DNA of 54,517 nt from a virus (IMGVR_UViG_3300044577_000018:1-54517), one strand, 5' to 3'. Shown: positions 18,515-29,264, numbered from the stretch's first letter. Numbers and translations are program-made. The notes: generated from the sequence alone by a model not told the origin.

Positions 18515-21500
18515 ATGGCTGAAGCCTTCCCGACTAGCGTCAAGCTCGAGATCAATCGATCCGAGCCTGTGGTGGTCGACGCCAATGAACTCGTACTTGC
18601 CGCTAACGGCGACCGTACGGCTATCATCCGCGAGGTTACTTCAGAGGCCTTGTACGCGATAACGCACACTCCGGACGAGGGAGATAGCGGTACTATTGCT
18701 GAAGCGGGGAATTCTATTTCGACCACCTTTACAACGACTAGTCCTTTTACCTTCACGTTCACACCTTCGTCTACACCTAAAGGTATACTCCTCTGGATAG
18801 CCAACAATACGGACTCGACGAACAGGGTTACTAAAGTGACCTACGGCGGCGTGCTCATGGCATTCGGCGGCGGCGGGTCTCGATCCGGTACAGGTTTTAT
18901 GGGGCTCTACTACCTTCTTAGCGGTGTACCTAGCGGCCTGCAGACGGTTAGCATAACGCACGACGGAAATGCCGCGGTTAAAATTGCTTTAATAGTAGGG
19001 GTTACAGGAGAAAGAGATCTCCAGATATCCGAGAGTTTAAACAAGGCAGGTCTTTTGGCCGATCCGGCTACCGGCTTGTTTTCTACACGCTTGGCTGTGC
19101 GCTACGGTTGTGTGCTATCGGAGCACAATACCGTTGCCGGTATACCTGTACTGTCCACTAGCACTAGTCTAGAAAGTAATGATTTTGGCACAGAAGTAGT
19201 ACACCTCTGTAGACGGACAGCTATAGATCTAGGTACTACAGAAGTAGGGTTCTCGTTCGCAACTAGCATAGAACAGGCGATATTTATTAGTGTTGCCTTG
19301 GAAGAGGTGCCTTTTGTTAGCAAGCTGGAAGAGTACGACGTTCCTATCTCGTCCGCCCCGACTCTTACTAGAATAGTTACCGTTGTAGATGATCTCGTAT
19401 CTAACACGTCCGAGCACTCTATGGTTTTCAACAGTACGTCGAGTCATCTGTACGTGCTCGGCTCAGCTGGCACCCTTTACACGTTAGATATCGGGGTGTC
19501 GCCTCCCACTTTGGTAGACACACAAGCGGGATTCGGGGGTAGGCCGTCTGACGGGGGGCACTACGGGCACACGATACACCGCGTAGGATCCAACCTCTAC
19601 GTCGCGTCAGCTTACCCGGCAACGCTTCAAAACGGACAAATTCACAAATTCGATATTTCTACTCCTGCTGCTCCTTCGTCAACTCAAATACTATCTACTA
19701 CTACGCTACAGTCGGGTACGGCTACGCCTTTGAGCGTAGGGTACGTGACGCCAGACGAGAAGTGGATCCTCTATCCCGTGTTTGCCAGTGAGTCGGTAGG
19801 GGGCGTTATAGCTAGGATAGATATCGACGGCACCATGACCGAGGGTGCTGCAGTCGTGGCATCGGCTGTTAGCACTGGCGGGCCTAAGATTCAACCTCGA
19901 GCGCTAGCCTTTCTCCCTAACGTCTTGCGTACCCCACCACCCAGCGCGGCTGTAGGTGAGAGTCGCGGTGTAGCTGTTGCCATAGGGATCGGTACTACAA
20001 CTATCAGTCCCTCCGTAGGGCGTAGTGCCGGCACCGCAACCGTAGTAGGTCAAAGCCTACAGAATAAATTTCTAATACTGCAGGCACGGTACACAGATAC
20101 TAATTCGCTAGGGGGCGGCGTAAGTGCCTCTGTACATCACTACTTCTGGATGACTTACCGCACGGATGTAGACACCTCTTGGGACACCATAGTGCCCCAC
20201 TCCCATGATGATGACGGTGGTATAGCGGACGCCAGCAGGGCAAACCTGTCGCTCTTAGGACTAGGTGACGCCGCCGGTAGGTTTCGCATATCGACTACAC
20301 CGGAAAATGCGCGACTAGTCCGAGCGGAAAGAGACGAGAGCTATGTCTACGTGTTTATCAGCGACGACGACATTACGCTCCCTGGTCGACTCGCTGTTTA
20401 TGAATTCACGGATTTAAATCTGGCTATAGACGGCAGAGTGGGGCGCACAGTACCCAGGCTGTTGACGAGTATAGAGATCGGCAGCTTGCGTGATCTAGGC
20501 GCACTAATAAAAGTGTCAACCGCCTTGGTCGGCATAGGGGGCAACGAGTCTCTAGACGATCGATCCTTGATAGAGTTCACCGAGCCTACAGGCTGGGTGG
20601 AGCTCCCTGCGGCGGTCAATAGCCCAGGCATCAGTATCGATTACGGTTTGGCGGGCAGCGGGCCTATGGATCGGATCGCCGATACCGGCGTTATGACTTT
20701 CGAGCTCGATAACTCGCAGTTTGCTCCTGGTGGCGCTCTTGGGCGGTTCTCCCCTGACAATACAGATCTGTTTACAGGGCTCCGAGTCGGGCGTGAGATA
20801 CGGTTAGCTGTGGTTCTAGATGCGGTTACTTATTACCCGTGGTGGGGTGCGATCAATACTATTACACCCAGCCCCGGAAAGAATCTAGATCGTAGATCGT
20901 CCGTTACCTGCGTCGACTTTATGGACTATCTATCTAGGTCGCGCACACGGTTACTGGCAATGCGTTTCGACGACAGCGCAGCGCAAGGTGTGCATCTAAT
21001 ACTCAATAGAGTTGATAACGATCCCGTTGGGATCTACCACCTCAACGAACCGGGCGACTCGGATATATACCCCGTGCTATTCGACAAGGCTCGAGATGAG
21101 TCGACTTCGATCATTACCGAGCTGCAGAGGGTATGTCAGTCTGAACGCTCATTAGTTTATGTCGTAGGCGGTGTGCTCTACGTCGAAGGGCGTAACGTAC
21201 GATCGGATGCCGTCGAAGGTGCAGCAGACTTGGTGTTAACCGACAGCAACCTACAAGCGTTGGAGACAGATCATACCGCCGAGAACGTGATAAACGATAT
21301 CGAGGCAAAGGTACACCCTCGTAGACGAGATACTGTTGCCGTTACTCTGTTCACTTATCAGAACACACCTGAGATAGCGCCTTTAGGAGAGTTGAAGTTT
21401 GTTGCGCCTTACAGCGATCCCGAGCAAATAGCGCAACGTGTCGGCGGGTTTGATCTAGTACAGCCTGTACTAACAACGGACTACACCTTTAACACCGCTG

Positions 21501-22096
21501 AAGACGGATCCGGGGACGACATCGTCGGATATATATTTGTTAACGTCAAGTTCGGTAGCAACTCAGCCGAAGTGCGTGTCTTGAATGTAGGCGCGTCGTC
21601 GGGGTTTCTAACCCTATTCAAGATTCGTGGAAAAGGTGTTTATACCTACGAGGCTGTCACGGCTCGAGGACAGAACAGGCAGATCGAATCTCAGTTCGGC
21701 CCCCTACAGTCCCTTTACGACATGCCTTACCACGATCAACCGGGAGTGGCTGAGGACGCAGTCGGGTACATTCTGCACAAGTACGGGACGCCCGCTACGT
21801 TTGTGCGAGCTATTACTATTTGGGCTAACCAGAGCTCTACGTTGCTAGACTTTGTGGTCAAGTCGCGAGTCATAAGCACGCTAATCGATCTTACGGAAAC
21901 GGTTACCGGCTTAACGGGTGTCGACTACTTCGTACAAAATGCGCGTGTCATCTACAGAGAGAAGCAGCTGATTTATGCTACTCTTGGTCTAGCACCAGCT
22001 GATACAGACGTTATCTTTAAGTTCGGAGAGGGACCAAGTACCGGCTCCGAGTTTGACGGTACAGATGTACTAGGGTCCGCTTTCATAGAAGCGTAG
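18515..22096 (+). CDS. Large tail tip/baseplate protein
   Basis: Follows the tape measure; beta-rich N-terminal part; C-terminal hub-like region (FELDN..GRFSPDN, INDIEA). Confidence 0.7.
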   Translation: MAEAFPTSVKLEINRSEPVVVDANELVLAANGDRTAIIREVTSEALYAITHTPDEGDSGTIAEAGNSISTTFTTTSPFTFTFTPSSTPKGILLWIANNTDSTNRVTKVTYGGVLMAFGGGGSRSGTGFMGLYYLLSGVPSGLQTVSITHDGNAAVKIALIVGVTGERDLQISESLNKAGLLADPATGLFSTRLAVRYGCVLSEHNTVAGIPVLSTSTSLESNDFGTEVVHLCRRTAIDLGTTEVGFSFATSIEQAIFISVALEEVPFVSKLEEYDVPISSAPTLTRIVTVVDDLVSNTSEHSMVFNSTSSHLYVLGSAGTLYTLDIGVSPPTLVDTQAGFGGRPSDGGHYGHTIHRVGSNLYVASAYPATLQNGQIHKFDISTPAAPSSTQILSTTTLQSGTATPLSVGYVTPDEKWILYPVFASESVGGVIARIDIDGTMTEGAAVVASAVSTGGPKIQPRALAFLPNVLRTPPPSAAVGESRGVAVAIGIGTTTISPSVGRSAGTATVVGQSLQNKFLILQARYTDTNSLGGGVSASVHHYFWMTYRTDVDTSWDTIVPHSHDDDGGIADASRANLSLLGLGDAAGRFRISTTPENARLVRAERDESYVYVFISDDDITLPGRLAVYEFTDLNLAIDGRVGRTVPRLLTSIEIGSLRDLGALIKVSTALVGIGGNESLDDRSLIEFTEPTGWVELPAAVNSPGISIDYGLAGSGPMDRIADTGVMTFELDNSQFAPGGALGRFSPDNTDLFTGLRVGREIRLAVVLDAVTYYPWWGAINTITPSPGKNLDRRSSVTCVDFMDYLSRSRTRLLAMRFDDSAAQGVHLILNRVDNDPVGIYHLNEPGDSDIYPVLFDKARDESTSIITELQRVCQSERSLVYVVGGVLYVEGRNVRSDAVEGAADLVLTDSNLQALETDHTAENVINDIEAKVHPRRRDTVAVTLFTYQNTPEIAPLGELKFVAPYSDPEQIAQRVGGFDLVQPVLTTDYTFNTAEDGSGDDIVGYIFVNVKFGSNSAEVRVLNVGASSGFLTLFKIRGKGVYTYEAVTARGQNRQIESQFGPLQSLYDMPYHDQPGVAEDAVGYILHKYGTPATFVRAITIWANQSSTLLDFVVKSRVISTLIDLTETVTGLTGVDYFVQNARVIYREKQLIYATLGLAPADTDVIFKFGEGPSTGSEFDGTDVLGSAFIEA

Positions 22097-22105
22097 AAGA
22101 GGGTA

Positions 22106-22621
22106 ATGAGCTTTACTACACCTATCACGGTTTCGGCTTTCGATAAGTTTCTCGCTAGCTACTGGAACACGTACGTACGCGATAACCTCAACTTCCTGAA
22201 AACCGAAAAGCCCGACTGGGTGTCTGTAAACCGTACGACGTCTGACTTTATTAAAAATGCCAACACGACCTTGAGCGACGTTACAGGGCTTAGCTTCTCT
22301 ATAGCTGCAAGCGAGGCGTGGTTGTGGTGGGCATCCGTGTACTTTCTCTCTGATGTAACGGCTGATCTTAAAATCGGCATCACCTTTCCGTCTGGCGCTG
22401 CTGGTCGTTATGGCGGTATAGCTGAGGATTCCAGAAGTGTTGTGCTTAGCGCGTCGACGGCCTTTCCATCAAACGGAGCTGACGAGCTTCTTATAGTAGC
22501 TGGGTTGGTTGTCAACTCCACTACCGCTGGTACGCTTCAGATACAAGCGGCGCAAAATGCATCAGACGTCAGTAATACAACTATCTATACACACAGTAGC
22601 GTACTAGCTATACGTGTATAG
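22106..22621 (+). CDS. Tail fiber/structural protein
   Basis: WNTYVRDNLNFLK N-terminus; GTLQIQAAQ. Confidence 0.6.
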   Translation: MSFTTPITVSAFDKFLASYWNTYVRDNLNFLKTEKPDWVSVNRTTSDFIKNANTTLSDVTGLSFSIAASEAWLWWASVYFLSDVTADLKIGITFPSGAAGRYGGIAEDSRSVVLSASTAFPSNGADELLIVAGLVVNSTTAGTLQIQAAQNASDVSNTTIYTHSSVLAIRV

Positions 22622-22651
22622 GTGACCTAAAGAAAATGTTAGGAGGCTCCA

Positions 22652-23083
22652 ATGAGTAAAGGCAACACTTTCGAAAACGATTTACTGAAACTGATCTTTC
22701 AGGGTACGGATATCGCCTTACTAGCGGATAACGCTACGACAGGTGCGCTAACTAACCTGTTCGTAAGCCTGCACACCGCGGATCCGGGTGAGGCAGGCGA
22801 TCAAGGTACAAGTGAGTCGGCCTACACCGCCTATGCGCGGCAGTCGGTAGCACGCACAGCGACAGGTTGGGTGGTGGCTGCTAACGTAGCTAGCCCTAAT
22901 GCTAATATCGACTTTCCCGAAGCTACCAACACAGGTCCGAATATTACGCACTTCGGTATAGGGGATCTAACCGCTGCTACGAGCGGGAAGCTCATGTTCT
23001 CCGGTACTGTGACTCCAAACGTGAATGTACAATTGGGAGTGACCCCACGCTTAACTACTGGTTCTACTGTTACTGAGGACTAA
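22652..23083 (+). CDS. Virion structural protein
   Basis: MSKGNTFENDLL..LHTADPGEAG..YARQSV..IDFP..THFGI is a common tail-region pattern. Confidence 0.65.
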   Translation: MSKGNTFENDLLKLIFQGTDIALLADNATTGALTNLFVSLHTADPGEAGDQGTSESAYTAYARQSVARTATGWVVAANVASPNANIDFPEATNTGPNITHFGIGDLTAATSGKLMFSGTVTPNVNVQLGVTPRLTTGSTVTED

Positions 23084-23092
23084 AGGACTAGA

Positions 23093-23767
23093 ATGCTAAA
23101 GCCTAAAACCAAACAGAGGCTAGTTATCGGACTGTGTGCCGGTTTCGGAGGTACGGCTCCTAACTTGTTCCGCCTTGCAACCAGTATGACTGTGCCGGGC
23201 GCGAGCCTACCCAGTCCGTCGTACCTGCTGGGTATACTACTGTTTGCGTTTATGGGCGGTGTTACCGCGTTAGCATTCGATGAGGTAGACAAGCGTAAGG
23301 CTGTCTTGCTTGGTTTAGGCTTGCCGGCTATGTTCCAGTCTAGCGCACAGGATATGGTAGCCATCTCGAGTCGAGCTAACTTGATAATGCCTATCGCTTA
23401 CGCTATGGAATTCGAAGAGCCGAAAAGGCCGGTACAGATCCTATGGGAGGGGGAGGTAGAGCCCGCTAAATTCTCTCTGGTTTACAGGTTCGAGGACGAG
23501 ACTCGTAGACTTAAAGACGACTTTGCGCCTACGCTCAAGGCAGAGCACTATTGCCCGCCAGAGGCTACAGGTGTACAGGCTGTTGTAGGAGACATAGCTA
23601 CAGGTCCGCGTACTGGTTGGCTTGAGCTCGATCCGGGTCTTGAGCCGCTAAACCTCATTTTGACTGTACGGCCTAAGCTTTGGAGTGGCTTACAAAAGGC
23701 TGTAGGCATACGGGACGCAGCTAGCGTCTCGGTTGAGTTGAGGATCAACAACCTGCTAGATAGGTAG
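23093..23767 (+). CDS. Membrane protein
   Basis: Two to three N-terminal hydrophobic helices. Confidence 0.5.
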   Translation: MLKPKTKQRLVIGLCAGFGGTAPNLFRLATSMTVPGASLPSPSYLLGILLFAFMGGVTALAFDEVDKRKAVLLGLGLPAMFQSSAQDMVAISSRANLIMPIAYAMEFEEPKRPVQILWEGEVEPAKFSLVYRFEDETRRLKDDFAPTLKAEHYCPPEATGVQAVVGDIATGPRTGWLELDPGLEPLNLILTVRPKLWSGLQKAVGIRDAASVSVELRINNLLDR

Positions 23768-23789
23768 GTGAAGTAGTAAGGAGAGTTAA

Positions 23790-24083
23790 ATGGAAGAGAC
23801 TAACGGATTGAAAGACATACTATTGTGGGTAGTAAGTGCTGGCGGGCTTACCGTCATAGGTCAGCTGCTCAGATTTGCAAACGTTACGCAAAGGATCCCA
23901 GCAGCCGTGAGGCCCTTTCTAGGGCCGGCCTTGGGTCTTCTTGCGTCGGTTCTGTCTAGCGCTTTGGGCATCCCCGTAGACTTGAGCCTGTTAGAGGGTG
24001 CGTTGTTAGGTACAACGTCAGCCATGCTATTCGACTTAGGTCGAGGCACTGGTGTTCTATCCGGCACGGGTACCGGCAAGTAA
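23790..24083 (+). CDS. Putative holin
   Basis: 97 aa with several hydrophobic helices, upstream of the endolysin. Confidence 0.5.
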   Translation: MEETNGLKDILLWVVSAGGLTVIGQLLRFANVTQRIPAAVRPFLGPALGLLASVLSSALGIPVDLSLLEGALLGTTSAMLFDLGRGTGVLSGTGTGK

Positions 24084-24230
24084 GATCAGCCAGAGGTTAC
24101 TGCTCTAACGTCCTCCTGTTGGAGCGGTACGAGGGGATGTCGGGCAGATGTACGGTGATTCCCGTAGCGGGTTATCGGGTGATTCCCGTGACGGTTACCG
24201 GCTTGTCCGGCACCCCTTTAGGAGTTAGTT

Positions 24231-24761
24231 ATGCAGATAGCTCTAGTAGTAGGTCACAAGTCAACCAGCACGGGCGCAGATAACACGACGCGCGTAGTAT
24301 CCGAGTGGGAATATAACGCTAAGCTCGCAATCGATGTATGGAAACGCATCAAGGTTATGGGTGTCCATGAAGCCTGCGTCGTTCACCGACGTACATACTC
24401 AACTCTACCCAAGGACATCAACCGCTTGAACCCAAAGCTCGTCATCTCAATGCACTGTAATGCCTTCAATACACAAGTCAGTGGTACAGAAACGCTCTAC
24501 TATCACAGGAGCGCGTCAGGCGAGGATATAGCTCGAGAGATGCAGAAGATATTCGTGCGCGAGCTGAAACTTCCAGACCGTGGTGCCAAGGCTCTAACGA
24601 AGGAAGATAAGGGCGGGAATGTGCTCGCCAAAACAAACGCTCCGGCTATTCTTTGTGAACCATTCTTCATCGATAACGATGATGACTTCGAGCGCGCCCA
24701 ATACGTGGAAATGGCTGAAATCTATTTCCGCGCAATCCTGGAGGCTTGTAAGTGGATTTAA
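24231..24761 (+). CDS. Endolysin, N-acetylmuramoyl-L-alanine amidase (Amidase_3)
   Basis: VGH, SEWEYN, ISMHCNA, GTETLY and PAILCEPFFIDN zinc-amidase motifs. Confidence 0.92.
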   Translation: MQIALVVGHKSTSTGADNTTRVVSEWEYNAKLAIDVWKRIKVMGVHEACVVHRRTYSTLPKDINRLNPKLVISMHCNAFNTQVSGTETLYYHRSASGEDIAREMQKIFVRELKLPDRGAKALTKEDKGGNVLAKTNAPAILCEPFFIDNDDDFERAQYVEMAEIYFRAILEACKWI

Positions 24762-25258
24762 AGCGAGTTCTGTTCGTCATCCTGTTGCTTGGTCTAGCGT
24801 GCAATGATATTACTAACGAATCGAATGGCCCATTAATATTTGACACACCGCCTGTCGCGGATCAGAAGCTTCACGTCATCGTCTCTGAACCTGACCGTAT
24901 ATTCGTGGAGCACCCGCCTGTGATGGTAGGTGGCGGAGGCGCGGAGTTCATCTACAGGGACACATTAGTACTTGAGATCGGTGGGCGTACAGTGCGCGAG
25001 GTGTTTGTATTTCATGGCTTAGACCGCGGCGACATCGTAGAAATGGATACGAATTTGGCCCTTGATGGTGTACCGATTTTTCTACGCTCGGAACATAAAG
25101 AGGATCTTAATGCCTTCAATTCGTGGACAAGTAAGCACGTAGACGTCCCTGGTTACGTCCTGAGAATCAATATCAAATGCGGTGTGACTGGAGTCAACAC
25201 GATCTTGAATCGCTTCGCAGCTCGCTCACATTGGGGTATTTGGATAACATTCGAGTGA
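24752..25258 (+). CDS. Putative lipoprotein
   Basis: Signal peptide ending LGLAC. Confidence 0.5.
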   Translation: MDLKRVLFVILLLGLACNDITNESNGPLIFDTPPVADQKLHVIVSEPDRIFVEHPPVMVGGGGAEFIYRDTLVLEIGGRTVREVFVFHGLDRGDIVEMDTNLALDGVPIFLRSEHKEDLNAFNSWTSKHVDVPGYVLRINIKCGVTGVNTILNRFAARSHWGIWITFE

Positions 25259-25290
25259 TACGCGGCTGACTGCTCGTGGGTAACTTTTGA

Positions 25291-25641
25291 ATGAGAGAGA
25301 TAAAGATAGATTGGCCTGAAGGTGTGGCAAGTGTCCTTGAACTGGACTGCTTTCACTGCTCTCGTAAAGTGTGCTTTGATTTTACAGTAGAGGACGAATT
25401 GTGGTTAAAGGTGGTGCCTGTAGAGCACAGGAGGAACGTGTGCTGCCTTCCGTGTTTCGATACTATTGCAACTAACAAGAGAATCAATATTTCGCAAAGT
25501 CTGCAACAGGTGCAGTTCACCGGGTTAGGAAAAACAATAGTGCTAACTCCTGAGTTTGTTCATCTGTACGGCAATGACGAAGACGACGCCGATGGTGAAG
25601 TTACTCCGTCGTCCGATCTGCCTGAGAATGTGTTTGAATGA
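25291..25641 (+). CDS. Hypothetical protein with CxxC motifs
   Basis: CFHC and CLPC. Confidence 0.5.
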   Translation: MREIKIDWPEGVASVLELDCFHCSRKVCFDFTVEDELWLKVVPVEHRRNVCCLPCFDTIATNKRINISQSLQQVQFTGLGKTIVLTPEFVHLYGNDEDDADGEVTPSSDLPENVFE

Positions 25642-26630
25642 GAAGGTTGTTGCTCATATGCGCGCTAGCTGTCGGGTGCGATAACCCGATAGACGTAGGC
25701 CCTCCTACAATGCCGAGCCCGACAACGGTACCACCTATCGCTCCGCCTATGCCGCGTGTGGATATACCGTTCAGCTTCGACGCCGGCACCGGGTCTACTC
25801 TGTTCGCAGGGGCTAGGGCAGATGAAGCCCAAATCTGGCAGGAGGTCACTCGGGCGCAGTCCCGTCTCGGCATGGGTACTTGGTTTCGCGTCTGTGCTGA
25901 AGTTCAGAGCTGGCCCGGTGGCGACAGACCGTGGCTTCCTCGCGGGGTAACGGCTAGGCCGTTCGACAGCACCGCGCCGGCATACACCCAGCTACACAAT
26001 TTCCTTGACGTCATGGCGACGATACCCGGAGCGCAAGTGTTGCTAATGCCGATCTGCAATCTGAAGGAGGACGGCACTAGCCCGGCGAATCGCAGGAAGT
26101 GGGTTGAGACAGTTGCGAGACTCGCCGACGGATACGAGAACACCGCGCTCGAAGTGGCGAACGAGTTCGTCCATCCAAACTCGAACATCAGCGAAGGCGA
26201 AATGGTGACGTTGATCTCGACAGCACGCCGAAACTTTCGCGGGCTCATCGGAACCGACGATGGAATTAGACGCGGAAACCTGCGGTACAACGGAGCACTG
26301 CGAGGGCTCGTCGACTTCGTTTCGTTTCATCCGTGTCGAACGGACAACAGCCATCCTGACGGGCTCGACTGCAACTGGCGCGGCGGTGGACAGAATCCAT
26401 CCCCGGCGGACTTACGAGAGATCGCCGAGAAGAACGGCCCGTACATCCTTACGGAGACGACAGGCTTCGACGACTTCAATCGACCAGGCGGCTGCTGCAC
26501 ATCAAATCGCGACAGCATTATAGAATATAAGAGAGCGTGCGGTGCCATCGCGGACTGTACTTTTCTGTATCACTGCGTCGGTAATCTCGGCTGGCCCGAG
26601 ACATCGTGCAGTTGGTACCCGGAGGGGTAG
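25638..26630 (+). CDS. Lipoprotein with possible clan GH-A glycoside hydrolase-like barrel
   Basis: Lipobox AVGC, Pro-rich linker, EVANE, DFVSFHP, PYILTE. Confidence 0.5.
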   Translation: MRRLLLICALAVGCDNPIDVGPPTMPSPTTVPPIAPPMPRVDIPFSFDAGTGSTLFAGARADEAQIWQEVTRAQSRLGMGTWFRVCAEVQSWPGGDRPWLPRGVTARPFDSTAPAYTQLHNFLDVMATIPGAQVLLMPICNLKEDGTSPANRRKWVETVARLADGYENTALEVANEFVHPNSNISEGEMVTLISTARRNFRGLIGTDDGIRRGNLRYNGALRGLVDFVSFHPCRTDNSHPDGLDCNWRGGGQNPSPADLREIAEKNGPYILTETTGFDDFNRPGGCCTSNRDSIIEYKRACGAIADCTFLYHCVGNLGWPETSCSWYPEG

Positions 26631-26639
26631 AGGTCACTC

Positions 26640-26903
26640 ATGAAATCACGGCGCGATAATCGTCCCGCTGCAATCCGCGATCTTTTGCCTCCGCTACCGC
26701 CTCCGGGCGTATTAACGGTTCCTTGGAATCGAGGGTATCGTGAACAATTCAAGGGTGATGAGCTGAGCTATTGGCGTGGACATCACGTAGGGATTCACGA
26801 TGCTTATAAATTCCTAGTCAAAATACATCCGCGAGTGGCGTACAAGCTACTTAAACATTTCGGAATGAACAAAGACGGGAGTTATGGGGGAGTGGGAGGT
26901 TAG
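26640..26903 (+). CDS. Hypothetical protein
   Basis: GAGG RBS; fills the operon. Confidence 0.35.
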   Translation: MKSRRDNRPAAIRDLLPPLPPPGVLTVPWNRGYREQFKGDELSYWRGHHVGIHDAYKFLVKIHPRVAYKLLKHFGMNKDGSYGGVGG

Positions 26904-26907
26904 TTTT

Positions 26908-27318
26908 ATGAACCCGTTCAAAATAATCTGGAAGGGCGTCAAGGTTAGCGGCAAGGGAATGAAGATCGCTTACCAGCAGGCGACACGTCCCGAAGTGATG
27001 GCGATGCTTCAAATCGGTGGCATGTTCTTTCCACCGCTCAACGCGCTCGGCATCTTGAAATTCATGACTTTCGCGAAGGACGCAGAGGCTAGATTCGTGG
27101 GGCCGGGCAGAGGTCGAGACAAATTGAAGTGGGTTGTAGATCGCGCAGTCACATTTGCTCCAGAGCTGAAACGGATGGGCGTACCACGAACGGAATGGGC
27201 AGAGTACATCGAGAGCGCGTTGTTGCTGATTGATGGCAAGGCGTCGCTCGTAAGTGACGACACCGGCGAAGAGCTTCTTGAGAAAGACCTTGAGCGGCTA
27301 TCCTCTCTATTCGAATAA
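26908..27318 (+). CDS. Hypothetical protein
   Basis: GGAGG RBS before the ATG at 26908. Confidence 0.5.
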   Translation: MNPFKIIWKGVKVSGKGMKIAYQQATRPEVMAMLQIGGMFFPPLNALGILKFMTFAKDAEARFVGPGRGRDKLKWVVDRAVTFAPELKRMGVPRTEWAEYIESALLLIDGKASLVSDDTGEELLEKDLERLSSLFE

Positions 27319-27330
27319 GGAGAATAAGAA

Positions 27331-28626
27331 ATGAAACGACTACTGCTAGTTTTGCTTTTGGTGACCACTACCGCGTCGGCTGAGTGGACGCGGGCAGCGA
27401 AGGATGAAGTGGGCGCGCAGCTCACTGCAATGTCTAAGGTTTCCGGCCTACTCAGCTACGCCTTTGCAGATATGCGGGCTAATCCAGAGCGGATATTGGA
27501 CTACCAGGGCGTCTTCCGGAAAGTGGGCCTAGCCTACGGCGGCACAAACGCCACAGAGCAGGGGTTCAACGCCCTCATCTACCTCATGGATGCTAGTGGG
27601 AATTCAAATAACGGATCCTTCGTGCGGGATTCGACACGCGCGGAGATCATAGCTAGGGGTTTGAGTTGGTTCTCCAGCGCCGGGGGGCAGTATGTAAGCG
27701 CTCTCGCAGCCTTGGATGCAATGATCGCGAGCTACCCAGAATGCTCTGGAGGGTGTAATGCGAAAACTGTTCGGAACTATATACAAACCGTTCTCAACGC
27801 CCACTCCACGTTCAACCCGAATCACGATTGGACCGAACCGCGTCTAGATGCGAACCTCGCATTCAGTGCCGCCGCAGGGTCGACAGACCTTAGAGATCTA
27901 ACTGCCATCGCTGGTCCACATGGGGATTACCGTCTTCTACTCCAGGGCATGAGCGGGCTTCAGTTATATAGCGCATTGACGCTCGAGGACTTAGTCGCGG
28001 CTGGCGCAATTGCATCTAGCGCCGATGCTAGAAATGCTGCCATTGGAGGCGATGCCGCCTTCTACTTCAATGTGGCGTTTCATCGGGCCTATTTAGTAGC
28101 GGGCCTTGCTATTGACTATGAGGATCCCGCAGTGGCTACTGACATAGAAACGGCGTTTGCTCAGGGTTCTACCGGTAGGGGGCGCGAGTTTTTTCAAGGG
28201 GCCATGATGTCTCAACTACTGCTCAATGTGAGCAATAGAACAAGTCGCCCAAACGGCTTCGGCCTCCTAGAGTTTAGGGGCGTCGCGGGCGCTTTCGGTT
28301 CCGTTCGCTACGTCTTCAGAGATACTCTGCTTGCGGCGAACGGTGATCAGGGTGTCGTGACTAGAGTTGCTCTAGCTCAAGAACATCTCCTTGATGCATG
28401 GACACGATTGGACCGAGCCGCTTGGGACGGCGCTATCAAGTTCACGCTGAAGAATCCACCCTTCATCGGTGGCGGTGATCCTGCACCGTGCCCGGACTGT
28501 CCTCCACCTGCACTGTGCCCGGACTGTCCGCCGCCGGTAGTGTGTCCGCCGACACCTACGTTCGATCCTGTTCTTTCCGTCGATTCACTCGGTGGAGTAT
28601 CCGTGGCGTGTGTAGAGGTGCCGTAG
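27331..28626 (+). CDS. Secreted protein with C-terminal Cys/Pro repeats
   Basis: Signal peptide MKRLLLVLLLVTTTASA; CPDCPPP twice. Confidence 0.6.
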   Translation: MKRLLLVLLLVTTTASAEWTRAAKDEVGAQLTAMSKVSGLLSYAFADMRANPERILDYQGVFRKVGLAYGGTNATEQGFNALIYLMDASGNSNNGSFVRDSTRAEIIARGLSWFSSAGGQYVSALAALDAMIASYPECSGGCNAKTVRNYIQTVLNAHSTFNPNHDWTEPRLDANLAFSAAAGSTDLRDLTAIAGPHGDYRLLLQGMSGLQLYSALTLEDLVAAGAIASSADARNAAIGGDAAFYFNVAFHRAYLVAGLAIDYEDPAVATDIETAFAQGSTGRGREFFQGAMMSQLLLNVSNRTSRPNGFGLLEFRGVAGAFGSVRYVFRDTLLAANGDQGVVTRVALAQEHLLDAWTRLDRAAWDGAIKFTLKNPPFIGGGDPAPCPDCPPPALCPDCPPPVVCPPTPTFDPVLSVDSLGGVSVACVEVP

Positions 28627-28675
28627 ATACCGAATCTCGATGTGCTAAAAGCAGAGTGAAGCAGGGAGGTTGTAG

Positions 28676-29257
28676 ATGGCGCTACCGGATAGTTTAGTTA
28701 TCCAAGTCGGCGCGCAAATTGTTCTTGGCGTCAGTGGATCGTTTAACCCCGTTGACGATGCGGTCAACTGGGCAGGCGCGAGCGGAAGCATTACAGATGT
28801 ACTAACGCTTGCCTCTCTGGCTGATGGATCTGGACGCCAGAGCGCCAAGGTGGATCTAGGTGCCTCGCGTGCTCCGACGTTTGGCTTATACGCGTGTGTG
28901 GATTTCACTGGCGAAACCCCTACACAGGGGGAAGTCATCGAATATTACTGGGCCCCTTCACCGGATGGAACTGATGCTGTAGCAAATGTTGGTGGCACTT
29001 CTGGTGTTGATGCTGCAGCCCCCGACAGCGGTCTCGGCTCGCTGACTTTGGCCGACATGGTCAAGCTCTGCATCTTCATAGGCAACCTCGTCGTTCACGA
29101 TGGAGTGTCGGTTCAAAACGGATTCGTGGGTATGTTTATCCCGCCAGCTCGCTATGGGCAGCTCATCGTGAAAAACGAAAGCGGAACCGCTTTCGAGGCG
29201 GATGATGTTGAGATGCACCACGTTATTGAGCCTATCAACGAAGTAGTGATCGACTGA
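28676..29257 (+). CDS. Putative virion structural protein
   Basis: GGAGG RBS; beta-rich; precedes the LamG-like gene. Confidence 0.55.
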   Translation: MALPDSLVIQVGAQIVLGVSGSFNPVDDAVNWAGASGSITDVLTLASLADGSGRQSAKVDLGASRAPTFGLYACVDFTGETPTQGEVIEYYWAPSPDGTDAVANVGGTSGVDAAAPDSGLGSLTLADMVKLCIFIGNLVVHDGVSVQNGFVGMFIPPARYGQLIVKNESGTAFEADDVEMHHVIEPINEVVID

Positions 29258-29264
29258 GGACGCC

